Positions 1 through 9,460 of a stretch of 64,000 bases of DNA are shown piece by piece. The notes below the pieces were generated by a model. It had not been told where the DNA came from, did not search any database, and saw nothing but the letters and a program-made list of their open reading frames with translations. This DNA is from Candidatus Gottesmanbacteria bacterium UBA6580. Lineage in GTDB: Bacteria; Patescibacteriota; Microgenomatia; UBA10105; UBA927. Position 1 is the first letter of the stretch, and each line of letters begins with the position of its first letter. Location: contig DJJA01000003.1 in NCBI GenBank assembly GCA_002433895.1, positions 175,788 through 239,787 on the forward strand. The letters run 5' to 3'. The position numbers and the translations under genes are program-made.

Positions 1-254
1 TGCGATAGGACACTTGTGGGTCTTCTTGGTGAGAACCGTTGGGCAAAGGAGGTGTCATCCACCCGTTTGACGATGCTGTCTATCCACCCGTAAGCAAGCG
101 CTTCCAATACCGCGTCGTCATACGAAATGCGCGGTTTCCCTGAATCTTTTTTATAAAAAATAAGCCAGATGTCCGGCGCAGTAGCATGATTTTTTTCGAG
201 CCATTTGCGCCACACAGACCGTTTGGTGACATAAAGCGTGTTGCCGATTTTCAT
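1..254 (-). CDS. YdeI/OmpD-associated family protein (5' part; gene runs off window start)
   Basis: Minus-strand translation from ATG at 254-252 gives MKIGNTLYVTKRSVWRKWLEKNHATAPDIWLIFYKKDSGKPRISYDDAVLEALAYGWIDS... This matches the PF13376-like 'WL..NH...W..F.KK...isY.ea.eeAL.fGWID' pattern. No stop occurs before the window edge. Confidence 0.55.
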   Translation of the reverse strand, partial: MKIGNTLYVTKRSVWRKWLEKNHATAPDIWLIFYKKDSGKPRISYDDAVLEALAYGWIDSIVKRVDDTSFAQRFSPRRPTSVLS

Positions 255-345
255 GGAATATCACTATTGTAATACAACAGGAACAATAACCGCGGTGGGC
301 GACGGAGTTTCGCACAACTGCTATAAAAGCCGCTATAATAGATAT

Positions 346-855
346 ATGAAGAAAAAAATAAAAAAATCATCCGTACACCACCGCAAGCCGTTGTCACATA
401 AAATCGGGGCAGCACTTCTGACCTACGCAAAAACCCAGCTCGTACTCATGAGTGTCGTCACTGTCGTTACCTGGATTACTCTTTCGAAGCTCGGAGTGCA
501 GTTTGCCTTGTTACTCGCGCTTATTACCGGGTCAGTATCCGTTATTCCGATTGTCGGAATTACGACGGCTGCGATTATCGCCAGTGGAGTGGCGATATTT
601 GACACTATCCGTTTTCTACCCAACACCTCGGTGCTTCTGGAAGGTTTTGTAGTACTTACAATGTACGCACTTCTCAATATCGTGATCGACTATTTTCTAT
701 CACCGTATCTTGTCGGGAAGTCATCTGGGATCAATCCATACGCGCTGCTTTTTTTCGTACTCATCGGTACATGGTTTTTCGGAATATGGGGAGCCCTCCT
801 CACCATGCCGGCGGTACTTGTTGGTAGAGTAATAAGCGAACATTACAATAAGTAA
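346..855 (+). CDS. AI-2E family transporter (UPF0118/PerM-like), C-terminal half only; probably truncated remnant
   Basis: ORF 238..855; the likely start is the internal MKKK at 346. Multiple TM helices and the conserved AI-2E C-terminal region are present (VIPIVG...NIVIDYFLSPYLVGKSSGINPYALLFFVLIGTWFFGIWGALLTMPAVLV). The N-terminal roughly 180 aa of a normal AI-2E protein are absent, and the divergent YdeI gene abuts this ORF. Confidence 0.5.
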   Translation: MKKKIKKSSVHHRKPLSHKIGAALLTYAKTQLVLMSVVTVVTWITLSKLGVQFALLLALITGSVSVIPIVGITTAAIIASGVAIFDTIRFLPNTSVLLEGFVVLTMYALLNIVIDYFLSPYLVGKSSGINPYALLFFVLIGTWFFGIWGALLTMPAVLVGRVISEHYNK

Positions 856-881
856 ACCACCATGAGTGATATGATGGGAGA

Positions 882-2315
882 GTGATGGCGAAGATTTTTG
901 TCGCGATATTTACAGCAGGTATTGTGTCTCTTCTTTTGGAGCTCACACTGCTCCGTGAGTTTGTCTATGTCATAGGAGCGAGTGCGTTTTCAAATTCCCT
1001 GATTATTTCCGTCTTTTTGGCTGGGTTGGCTGCGGGTACATATGTAGGAATTTGGAAACGGTTTAAATCAAAAAACGAACGCGCTGCCCGGAAAAAGTTT
1101 GCATTTTTACAGGCTAACCTCATTGTAGGTGTATTTCTATTCTATTTTACGAAAGATTATTTCGTGTATATCAGCCCGAGCCAAGGGGCAGTGATTGCAT
1201 ATTTTATCGTTGCGACGTTTTTTCCCTCATTCATTGCCGGGGTGGCGTACACGACCGCCATAGAGCTGCTTTATCATAAAGGCGAGCGTTACATCATATA
1301 TATTTATGCCGTGAGTACTATCGGCAATGTTATCGGTGGACTATTGTATGGGTATGTTTTTGTTTACCTTTTTGGTCAACAAATGTCATATATCACCGCC
1401 ATTAGTTTTTCAGCGCTCGCGATATTTCTTATATACCCGTTTAAAAAAATTGCGCACGGCCTGTGGATTGTCGTGCTGATTTCATTTCTTGTCTGGTGTA
1501 TACAAAGCGGTATTGTGCATGACCGGCTGTACCGGTTTGATAATTTGCTGTACCGGAAATATAGCCCGTCCGGGCTGGTAGAAGTCTGGAAAACAGATGA
1601 CAACGAGGCGGTAGAAATGACGGTAAATAATGTGCATGAATATTACAGTTATGACTGGGACAGGAAAGTGCACGCAGAGTGGGCATACACGACGCTCGAA
1701 ATTGTTGGGGGAGCCGCGGACGTGCTGCTTTTGGGGTACGGCAGCGGGGTATCGTCAGCGGCATATCTTTCATCCCCAAAAGTGAATAGCGTGGATACAG
1801 TGGAAAACACCGCGCCTGTGCTAGAAGCAGGCGCAATTTATTTTCCAGAAGAATACCGGTCCGTTACGACCGATATACGGTCGCGGATAATTCTCCGGGA
1901 TTTTCGTAACTATATCCGCTTTACCGACAAAAAATATGATGTGGTGCTTTTGGATCACAGTATTATCGACCCGTATTACAGTGGTTTTTTTACATTGGAG
2001 TTTTATGCACAACTCAAAAAAATATTAAAGCCGGGTGGGGTGGTTGCCAGCTTGGGAGTGGGATTGTCTTACGATACGATGCGTACGGCGTTTCCTTATG
2101 TATATAGATACAGCGCGCCCGGTAGGGAGCTTATTAGTGACAGTGGATTTTTTCTGTCAGTATCCCCCTTCAGAGCGGAAGTCGTTACAGACTATACTGA
2201 AGCAGGGTTAGAGTTTTTTGGGGAGCCAATTTATTCTGACCGTAGGGTGACTGGTAATTCTCCCGGCACCGCGCTGAAGGCAATAAAGCCGAGGGTGTCG
2301 CGATCGCTGTTTTAA
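882..2315 (+). CDS. Membrane-anchored spermidine-synthase-like (polyamine aminopropyltransferase fold) protein
   Basis: The N-terminal roughly 200 aa is polytopic. The C-terminus is Rossmann-like with DVLLLGYGSGVSSAAYL ... KYDVVLLDHS ... LKPGGVVASLG, typical of SpeE-like proteins. Confidence 0.55.
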   Translation: MMAKIFVAIFTAGIVSLLLELTLLREFVYVIGASAFSNSLIISVFLAGLAAGTYVGIWKRFKSKNERAARKKFAFLQANLIVGVFLFYFTKDYFVYISPSQGAVIAYFIVATFFPSFIAGVAYTTAIELLYHKGERYIIYIYAVSTIGNVIGGLLYGYVFVYLFGQQMSYITAISFSALAIFLIYPFKKIAHGLWIVVLISFLVWCIQSGIVHDRLYRFDNLLYRKYSPSGLVEVWKTDDNEAVEMTVNNVHEYYSYDWDRKVHAEWAYTTLEIVGGAADVLLLGYGSGVSSAAYLSSPKVNSVDTVENTAPVLEAGAIYFPEEYRSVTTDIRSRIILRDFRNYIRFTDKKYDVVLLDHSIIDPYYSGFFTLEFYAQLKKILKPGGVVASLGVGLSYDTMRTAFPYVYRYSAPGRELISDSGFFLSVSPFRAEVVTDYTEAGLEFFGEPIYSDRRVTGNSPGTALKAIKPRVSRSLF

Positions 2316-2356
2316 CGTAACATACTTACATATACCGACAGATGGTATCTCTATAA

Positions 2357-3484
2357 ATGATGCAAAAGGCAAAACAACATAGGTGGCTAAACGGATGGGT
2401 TATTCTTTTATTGTCGGCAGTAACGCTTGCAGCGGTTGGCGTTGGTGTGCTCTGGCTTGTCCGTGCCATGCGGGAGCCAGACGTGTATAAGCCAACGGGC
2501 ATGATCAATCAAGTATTTCCGGTACAAAAAAATGAGGAAGAAAATATTCATGTAAAAGAACCGGGCACGAGCGCGTTGTTGCCGGGTGCTAAGTGGGTAC
2601 CTCAAACATTTAATAACTGTGGTCCCGCCACGACATCCATGATTTTGCAGTACTTTGGTTTTGACGTCGGCCAGAATGAAACAAAAGCCAAACTGCGGAC
2701 CAATCCAGATGACACAAATGTGTTTACCTATGAGATAGCCGAGTATCTCAGGGATGATTTTGGTATTGAGTCGAAATTATTTTATGGGGGAGACATAGCG
2801 TTACTAAAAAAGTTGGTTGCGAATGGATTTTATGTCGTGGTCGAGGATTGGTTGCACCCCAACGAAGATATTGGGCACGTCACGATTATCCGGGGGTATG
2901 ACGACGAGCAAGGGGTGTTTATCGCAGACGATTCGTATATCGGTGTGAATATTACCTATCCCTATGAACAGTTTGCCAAGACACAGTGGAAAGCATTTAA
3001 TTACGAATATTTGCCGGTATACCGGCCGGGAAGCGAAGCGCTACTCCGGGCAATTGTAGGAGATGTATGGGACGAGACGATAATGCGTGAGAAAGCAGTC
3101 CGTATCGCGAGAAACGAAATCGCGCAGAACGAAAATGACATGTACGCGTGGTTTAATTTGGGAACCAACCTTTACGCGCTTGGCGATTATGCTGGGGCAA
3201 AACAGGCATTTGAGCGGTCGCAGTCTATCGGCTGGCCGAGAAGGATGCTCTGGTATCAGATACAACCGATACAGACGTATAACGAACTTGGTGAATATGA
3301 CACCGCAATAAAATACGCCAATATCGCGTTGTTGAGCAACGATTCATTCGCTGAAGCGCATCTGGAAAAAGCAATTGCTTATAAAGGTCTGGGAAATAGA
3401 GAGAAGGCGCGCGAAGAAGCAAACAGGGCGGTTTTCTTTTATCCGGAATTTAGTAAAGCGAAAGATTTTTTGGCAGCTTTATAG
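2357..3484 (+). CDS. Peptidase C39-like domain protein with C-terminal TPR repeats, N-terminal TM anchor
   Basis: The motif NNCGPATTSMILQYFGF matches the C39_2-like catalytic Cys region. The C-terminus has TPR-like repeats (AWFNLGTNLYALGDYAGAKQAFERS..., AEAHLEKAIAYKGLGNREKA). Confidence 0.5.
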   Translation: MMQKAKQHRWLNGWVILLLSAVTLAAVGVGVLWLVRAMREPDVYKPTGMINQVFPVQKNEEENIHVKEPGTSALLPGAKWVPQTFNNCGPATTSMILQYFGFDVGQNETKAKLRTNPDDTNVFTYEIAEYLRDDFGIESKLFYGGDIALLKKLVANGFYVVVEDWLHPNEDIGHVTIIRGYDDEQGVFIADDSYIGVNITYPYEQFAKTQWKAFNYEYLPVYRPGSEALLRAIVGDVWDETIMREKAVRIARNEIAQNENDMYAWFNLGTNLYALGDYAGAKQAFERSQSIGWPRRMLWYQIQPIQTYNELGEYDTAIKYANIALLSNDSFAEAHLEKAIAYKGLGNREKAREEANRAVFFYPEFSKAKDFLAAL

Positions 3485-3534
3485 CGTATTTCCTGCAGCA
3501 CACGTAGATACATATATAGCGGCGTTATATTTCT

Positions 3535-5019
3535 ATGTCCAATATTTTTAAAGCTTCGGTTATTATCGGCGTTTCGTTCGGTATCAATAAACTGCTCGGT
3601 CTTGCTCGTCAATATTTTATTGCGGCGCAGTTCGGTTTTACTCCCGAAATAGACGCGTTTAATGTGGCAAATAATATGCCCGATCTTATATTTTCGTTGT
3701 TTTCCGGAGGGGCGCTCGCGATGGCATTTATTCCGGTATTTGCGGAGTATCTGGATGTAGAGGGGCGAGATCTTTCGTGGAAGTTGTTTTCGAAAGTAGC
3801 AACGCTGCTGTTTACCATCACCGCGGTGGCATCACTTGGTGTCGCGTGGTTCGCGCCGGTGCTCGTCAGTTCCCCAGTAGGAGTAGCGCCCGGATTTTCC
3901 CCGTCTCAGCAGGAACTGGTAGTGACATTGCTCCGCATTAACTTGATCGCGACTCTACTGTTTTCATTAAGCGGATTGGTGACGGCCTCGCTTCAGGCGC
4001 ACAAACATTTTTTGTTGCCGGCGATCGCGCCGGTATTTTATAACATTGGTATTGTTTTTGGGGCCGTAGTGCTTGCGCCTGCCATGGGGATATTCGGGCT
4101 TATGTATGGGGTAGTGCTGGGATCGCTCTTGCATTTAGTCGTGCAAATACCAGCTCTATTGCGTTATACATTCCGGTTTTCTTTTTCGCTTGATGTGAAG
4201 GACCCCGAGCTAGTAAAAATATTGCGCCTGATGGGTCCCAGAATTCTTACCGTCCTTTTTATACAAATGACTTTTTTGTTACGGGATAATTTTGCCTCAC
4301 GGTTAGAGCCTGGATCGGTGACTGCGTTAACCTACGGGTATTTCATCATGCAGGTACCGGAGACGCTTATCGGTACGTCTATCGCCATAGCATTGTTGCC
4401 TTCGCTTTCGGCATTTGTCAGCAAAAATATGCAGAAAGAGTTTGCGCAAGCGTTGTCCGCGTCTATCCGCGTGCTTATTGCCGCCTCGCTTATCGCGAGC
4501 GTGTTGGTGTTTGGTGTGCTGGCGACCTTAATTGAGTATGTATTTGATTTTTCAGCATCACACGCAGAGTTATTGGTGATGACGACATATGCATTTATGG
4601 GAGGATTATTGGCACATACTCTCATGGAGATATTGGTACGGGCTTTTTACGCACGGCAACAGGCGGTGATTCCGATGTACGCAACACTGATCCGCACCGT
4701 ACTGTTTATTGTTCTTGGAGTTATGCTGTATCAGCAAACGGGAGCAGTCGGAATAGCGGCAATTGATTCCGTCACGGTCGCTGTTGAAGCAGTAATATTG
4801 CTGGTGCTGCTTTGGCCGGCGCTCACGAACAAATTTGAGATTGCCAAGACGCTCTGGCGGTCTATCGCGGGGAGCATCGTGGGGATAGGCATTATATGGG
4901 GAGTATTTTCATATTTTCATGTACCGGTAGTTGTACAGATAACCACCGCAATAATCGCCGTTACGGCAGTCTACGTTGTTTTTGTCACAAAAGAGGTAAA
5001 GTTGCTTATCAAGCTCTAA
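3535..5019 (+). CDS. murJ: Lipid II flippase MurJ (MviN)
   Basis: The N-terminus KLLGLARQYFIAAQFGFTPEIDAFNVANNMPDLIFSLFSGGALAMAFIPVF is the canonical MurJ signature. The protein has about 14 predicted TM helices and is 494 aa. Confidence 0.85.
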   Translation: MSNIFKASVIIGVSFGINKLLGLARQYFIAAQFGFTPEIDAFNVANNMPDLIFSLFSGGALAMAFIPVFAEYLDVEGRDLSWKLFSKVATLLFTITAVASLGVAWFAPVLVSSPVGVAPGFSPSQQELVVTLLRINLIATLLFSLSGLVTASLQAHKHFLLPAIAPVFYNIGIVFGAVVLAPAMGIFGLMYGVVLGSLLHLVVQIPALLRYTFRFSFSLDVKDPELVKILRLMGPRILTVLFIQMTFLLRDNFASRLEPGSVTALTYGYFIMQVPETLIGTSIAIALLPSLSAFVSKNMQKEFAQALSASIRVLIAASLIASVLVFGVLATLIEYVFDFSASHAELLVMTTYAFMGGLLAHTLMEILVRAFYARQQAVIPMYATLIRTVLFIVLGVMLYQQTGAVGIAAIDSVTVAVEAVILLVLLWPALTNKFEIAKTLWRSIAGSIVGIGIIWGVFSYFHVPVVVQITTAIIAVTAVYVVFVTKEVKLLIKL

Positions 5020-5025
5020 ACGAAA

Positions 5026-5057
5026 CCAACCCTTTCGGGTCGGCTATCGTTTTTTTG
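5026..5057. terminator. Putative bidirectional intrinsic terminator between convergent murJ and ytxH-like genes
   Basis: Hairpin AACCCTTTCGGGTC followed by a T-run (cgtttttttgc). The same CCCTTTCGGGTC hairpin recurs at 14136. Confidence 0.35.
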
Positions 5058-5072
5058 CAGTGATTGTGTCAC

Positions 5073-5363
5073 TTATTGAGCAGCTTTGACGACGTCTTTG
5101 GATGCGTCCTTTACTGCGGTGATTACTTTTTCCACTTTTTCTTTTCCTTCTTCAATTTTTCCTTCAACATTCTCTTTTAGATCATCTATCTTGTCTTTCG
5201 CCGCATCGATAGCTTTTTCTGCTTTTTTGCGGCTATTTTTATTTGCTAACACCGCAACACCCGCAATTCCTACTGCGGCTGCTCCGACAACTGCACCGGC
5301 TACTGCTGCTACCGCCGGGTTAACGCCGCCTTTTTTGTCTTCCGGTTTATTTTGATCGTTCAT
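5073..5363 (-). CDS. YtxH-like (DUF948) small membrane-anchored coiled-coil protein
   Basis: 96 aa. The N-terminus is a hydrophobic Ala/Val/Gly-rich segment. The C-terminus is a charged helical KAIDAAKDKIDDLKENVEGKIEEGKEKVEKVITAVKDASKDV repeat typical of YtxH-family stress proteins. A strong RBS (ggaggtg) lies upstream. Confidence 0.5.
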   Translation of the reverse strand: MNDQNKPEDKKGGVNPAVAAVAGAVVGAAAVGIAGVAVLANKNSRKKAEKAIDAAKDKIDDLKENVEGKIEEGKEKVEKVITAVKDASKDVVKAAQ

Positions 5364-6005
5364 TTATTTTTTTCACCTCCTTTCATACGTATATCTATAA
5401 GGTATCATACCCGCGGCGGGAGTTTATTTGGGGGGAAAGTTATCCCCGGTAAGAAACGGTGCGTGTCGTGACATAAAGAGGATTTCGCGTTGTAGGAACA
5501 CCGTGGTGGTATAATACATGTGGATGTTTACAAGTTCTCCTAAGAAAGATTTTGTTCTCGTCAGGCATCTTTCCGATGTCTGACTTGCCGCGCCATCATT
5601 TCCAATGCTTCCATAGGAACGAAACACCGCAATCATTGCCCGCTTTGTTTGTGGTCGAAACACCTCGATCATGCTATTCCCGGAGATAGGAAGTCTTCCT
5701 GTAATGCGAGGATGAGGCCGGTAGGCTTAGTCTTTAAAGACGCCTCCTATAATGCCTATACCGATAGTATTATCGGGGAGCTGATGGTTGTCCATATATG
5801 CCTCGGTTGCGGCAAGATTTCCGGTAACAGGATTGCAGGAGATGATAATCCGTATAGCATCATAGGCTTATTGGAAACACCAAGTGCATTGCCGGGGGAG
5901 TTAACTGCCAGACTGAAATATCAGGGTATAGTGTTGTTGAGCCGAAACGACGAACAGACTGTCCGGAGAATTTTGTATGGCAATCCGGGATGCGCCGGCT
6001 AACAG

Positions 6006-6512
6006 TTATCGCCATGTTTTATCGCCAATATAACCAAGCGCGTCAATTTTGGGGTCATATAATTCTATCAAGTCTAAGTCAGGGCGGTTGAGTATTTTCA
6101 TACCTTTCATGAGGGGATTTTTCTGCACTAACTGTTTGAGCTGCGCATATTTTTCGGGCTCGAGGAAAAAATCAATATCACCGACTTGAGGTTTTAAAGC
6201 ATCGGGCTTGCGGATGTACAGATGCGTGTAGGTAGCCGCAGGGGCGGTGTCCGTTGCAGGGATAACACATGGCTCGTATAGCCTGAAATACTTTCCGTAG
6301 ACGCTGTCAGACAAGTCGGTGAGTTCAGCACGCAACCGGGTGAGGAATGTATATTCGTCATCGTAGTGACAGAAGATCCCTATGTTTCCGGCAACCGGTA
6401 GATGATGTCCCGTGAGTTGTTTGCAGAGCGCGTGGCACGCGGCGTGTATATGGTTTATTGCCGCAAGCAATTGTTCTTTGTTTGATATTGGGCTGAAGCG
6501 GAATGGTTTCAT
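6006..6512 (-). CDS. Hypothetical protein (168 aa)
   Basis: Within ORF 6006..6683; the likely start is the internal MKPF at 6512, which gives an ATGA stop/start overlap with the upstream YdeI-like gene. No recognisable domain. Confidence 0.4.
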   Translation of the reverse strand: MKPFRFSPISNKEQLLAAINHIHAACHALCKQLTGHHLPVAGNIGIFCHYDDEYTFLTRLRAELTDLSDSVYGKYFRLYEPCVIPATDTAPAATYTHLYIRKPDALKPQVGDIDFFLEPEKYAQLKQLVQKNPLMKGMKILNRPDLDLIELYDPKIDALGYIGDKTWR

Positions 6513-6808
6513 TTTTTGTTGAGTATTGCCCGAACCGAAGGGCTTATTTTTTTGTCTTTCCGGTGAATACAACCGATCCAGCAGCAGGGGCGCCGCATGC
6601 CTTCCTGAAGTTCGCTGATAACCCTTTTCACATGGTCTTTTCTTGTTTCGTCTTTTTTGACGAATGTGACCCAGCAAATCCACTCGTTGCGTGAGAGGGG
6701 AGTGAGACTTTCCCAGACCGCAAGCGCCTTTGGCGCGGCCAACAGTGCTTCACGTAAATCAGCGGGAACAGTGTGCACCACGCCATCTGAAATACTTTTT
6801 TTCGTCAT
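6509..6808 (-). CDS. YdeI/OmpD-associated family protein
   Basis: ALAVWESLTPLSRNEWICWVTFVKKDETRKDHVKRVISEL fits the C-terminal YdeI/OmdA pattern. It is a second paralog of the gene at 1..254. Confidence 0.55.
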   Translation of the reverse strand: MTKKSISDGVVHTVPADLREALLAAPKALAVWESLTPLSRNEWICWVTFVKKDETRKDHVKRVISELQEGMRRPCCWIGCIHRKDKKISPSVRAILNKK

Positions 6809-6942
6809 ACGGTAATTGTAACAAATGTGTTTATTGTCCTACATGTACAAAGAATTAGAGTCTAATAAGGGATGCTTAATTAGCAGATCTAAAACAACAA
6901 TCCCCACGATGACGGTGAGGATTGTTGTTTGTCTTTAGTAGC

Positions 6943-7656
6943 TTAATTTGCGAATAGTTTAAACAACCATCCAAACGCACTAAATGACTTTTCTTCAAGA
7001 GCTATTCTATCTTGTAAGGCCACATTCTGATCTACCATTGCCCGGATTGTTTCTTGCACCTGGTCAATTTCTTCTTGGTTAACGAGTTGACTCTGTAATT
7101 CTTCCAGCTGTTGTATGCGCAACTGGTTCTGTTCCATTTGCTTTTGCATATTTTTCAAAGCGCTAAAGTCGGGTCCAATAATGGCTTTAAGTATTCCACC
7201 CCGGCCATCAACTTTTTCCAGCGCAGTTTGTATTTGCACCTGAGCAGACTTCTGTTCTTGAGCGATCACTTTGACTTGCTGACCAATGCCACCCTGCATT
7301 GTTTTGGTAATGAGCAGCTCCTCGACTTTTTGAGCAGCTTTACTCACGCTTTGTGTGGCCGTCCCACTTCGAGGTGATGTTTCTTTTTGCGTGCCCTGGC
7401 CTTGTGTCTCCTGACTACCACTGACATTCTCCTGTTCCTGAGTGTTTGCATTTATTTGCGAGTCCCCACCCTCGTTTTGTGTTTCTACTTGAATTTGGTT
7501 TTGTATCTGATTGGCGGCCGGAGATAGAGTAACTTGTGCTTTCTGTTGCGTTTGTGATCCCGAGCCCTGCGCCATTATTTTGTTATTTGTGATAAAGACT
7601 GGAGATGCGGCGAACAACAAAGCAAAAACCGGTATGATCGAAACGATGTTAATCAT
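6943..7656 (-). CDS. Secreted Gln-rich coiled-coil protein, last gene of ECF sigma operon
   Basis: Signal/TM N-terminus, a long low-complexity Q/T/S-rich segment, and a C-terminal coiled coil (QLRIQQLEELQSQLVNQEEIDQVQETIRAMVDQNVALQDRIALEEK). Confidence 0.45.
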   Translation of the reverse strand: MINIVSIIPVFALLFAASPVFITNNKIMAQGSGSQTQQKAQVTLSPAANQIQNQIQVETQNEGGDSQINANTQEQENVSGSQETQGQGTQKETSPRSGTATQSVSKAAQKVEELLITKTMQGGIGQQVKVIAQEQKSAQVQIQTALEKVDGRGGILKAIIGPDFSALKNMQKQMEQNQLRIQQLEELQSQLVNQEEIDQVQETIRAMVDQNVALQDRIALEEKSFSAFGWLFKLFAN

Positions 7657-7706
7657 ATTTTATTCACCTCCTTTCATCTCATTTGTATAAATTAGCCATC
7701 GAATTG

Positions 7707-8240
7707 CTAATCGTCCTTCTGAGAAAATCTACCCTGCACTTGACCCCACTTTTTTACCGGTTTATAGGGAGTGATTTTATTTTGTTCTTCAATTTGTCGG
7801 TAGAAATGTCGCATTGGTCCCTGACGAAGCCGTGAGTTATTGAGGCCTAAGTAATCCAAAACAAAGCCGGCAAGCACGATGGAAACGATGAATCCGCCAC
7901 TGATGAGCCAGAAGTTTTCCTTGTAGGAAAAGTCATATTTTTTTAGTATCAGTATGCCTAACGTGATGCCGGTTACGGCAAGGAGCGGCACCCACAGGGG
8001 GAAGTTGTTGAGCATGGTTTGCAGGTGCCATTGCCCCATTGGTCCATGTTGACGGAGTAAAAATAAGGTGATATTAGTGAGAAAAACAGCTCCGATGGTG
8101 AAGCTCGTAAAACCCGCCATTATAAGGAGTGACCCCAATGCAAAGTACCAGCGCGGCTTCATTGAAATCTTGTTGGATTTCACTTTTGCCATGATGATTT
8201 TTTCGAAATTTACTGATGTTATTTGTGACTTCTGAGACAT
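7707..8240 (-). CDS. Membrane protein, putative anti-sigma factor
   Basis: 177 aa with 3-4 TM helices. It overlaps the 3' end of the ECF sigma gene by 22 nt, which suggests translational coupling and a sigma/anti-sigma arrangement. Confidence 0.4.
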   Translation of the reverse strand: MSQKSQITSVNFEKIIMAKVKSNKISMKPRWYFALGSLLIMAGFTSFTIGAVFLTNITLFLLRQHGPMGQWHLQTMLNNFPLWVPLLAVTGITLGILILKKYDFSYKENFWLISGGFIVSIVLAGFVLDYLGLNNSRLRQGPMRHFYRQIEEQNKITPYKPVKKWGQVQGRFSQKDD

Positions 8241-8767
8241 AGTTTTTTCATAATTCCGCGGGCCCGGCTGACTCGTGTGCCAACCGTGCTAACGGGAATA
8301 CGTAAGATATCGCTTATTTCTTCATACGATTTTTCTTCAAGATAAAAAAGTGATAATGGCTCTTTATATAGTAAAGGCATTTGATCGAGACAGTGATGGG
8401 TATGGTTGACGAGTTCGCTTTTTATGAACTCATTTTCCAGATTAACGCCGCTATCAAATCCTGCGTGATCGTATATCGATTGCTGTATGTTGCGCCTGCC
8501 CAGTGTATTTATAGCCTCGTTATGTGCGATGCGGTATATCCAGCTGGAAAATTTCTTTTTGACATCAAACCCATTGAGATTTATGTAGGCTTTGATAAGG
8601 CTTTCCTGTACAACATCTGCTCCTGTTTGTCCGTCTTTTATGATGGAGCGCGCATATCTCATAAGCTTATTTTGGTACCGTTTAATAATCTCTGCATATG
8701 CTTCCTTGTCTTTGCTACGGACAATATCAATTACTTCCTCGTCTGATAAGCCGGATATGTCACTCAT
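8219..8767 (-). CDS. RNA polymerase ECF-type sigma-70 factor
   Basis: Region 2 (FSSWIYRIAHNEAINTLGRR) and region 4 HTH (LSLFYLEEKSYEEISDILRIPVSTVGTRVSRARGIMKK) are present. Confidence 0.8.
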   Translation of the reverse strand: MSDISGLSDEEVIDIVRSKDKEAYAEIIKRYQNKLMRYARSIIKDGQTGADVVQESLIKAYINLNGFDVKKKFSSWIYRIAHNEAINTLGRRNIQQSIYDHAGFDSGVNLENEFIKSELVNHTHHCLDQMPLLYKEPLSLFYLEEKSYEEISDILRIPVSTVGTRVSRARGIMKKLCLRSHK

Positions 8768-8885
8768 GATAATTTAATTTAGTATACGCCGCCTTTGGAT
8801 AGCACATATGTGCGTTAGGTTACACACTGCTGAAACCTCACTCATAGGTATATAAGTGAGGCATCAGCGTTTCGTATAAAGATGG

Positions 8886-9272
8886 TTAACGGTTCATCCT
8901 GCCGCCTCCCATTCCCTGACCCGGGCAGGTTCCGTTGCGGAGTCCCAGTCCGAGTTCTACTTTTATTTTGTTGGCTTCATCAAGTTTTCCTTGCTCGGCA
9001 AGCTCGTGCGCTTCGGCAAACTTAGCAAAATTTTGAGCGTTTATTACCTGAGTTACTCTGCCTTTCCCCGTCATGAGCGTTTTCCAGGTATTGTAGTCTT
9101 TTGTTTCAAACGCTTTTTCCATGGCTGCATGGCGTTCTTCGGTGTAGTTCGGGCCTTTGACGGCCGGATTATCTCTGTAAGCAAGTGCTGTCCGTGGAGC
9201 AAGCATTGTTCCTCCGAGAGCGAGTGCGGTTAATCCGAGAAATATTGTTGCTTTGGTCATACTGTTTTTCAC
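8886..9272 (-). CDS. Secreted hypothetical protein
   Basis: Signal peptide MKNSMTKATIFLGLTALALGGTMLAPRTALA and a Gly-rich C-terminus. An RBS is present. Confidence 0.45.
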   Translation of the reverse strand: MKNSMTKATIFLGLTALALGGTMLAPRTALAYRDNPAVKGPNYTEERHAAMEKAFETKDYNTWKTLMTGKGRVTQVINAQNFAKFAEAHELAEQGKLDEANKIKVELGLGLRNGTCPGQGMGGGRMNR

Positions 9273-9460
9273 CTCCCTTCACAAATAGAGTTTTGTGTGT
9301 CTGCCAGTAATACAGACGAAAGGGGTGTTTTCTTTCAGGCAAATTATTTAAAGAAAAAAGTAACTTCCGGGGAAATTTCAGAAACGCTCTACTCTCTGTT
9401 TGCTGGGTTTGTGATGACCACCTTGGCCTAATATGCGGGGCGCTGGCTTAAAAAGCGGGG

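Noticed and set aside
5649-6002. 117-aa plus-strand ORF and 82-aa minus-strand ORF (5424-5672)
   Set aside because: They overlap each other, lack an RBS, and have no recognisable family. Not called as genes.
5364-6005. RNase P RNA, tmRNA, group II intron domain V or T-box in the ORF-poor region
   Set aside because: I searched by eye on both strands for GGAAAGTCCGG/P4, the tmRNA 3' GGTTCGA...CCACCA, the GAGCCGTATG...CATACGG domain V and the T-box AATTAGGGTGG motifs. None is present.
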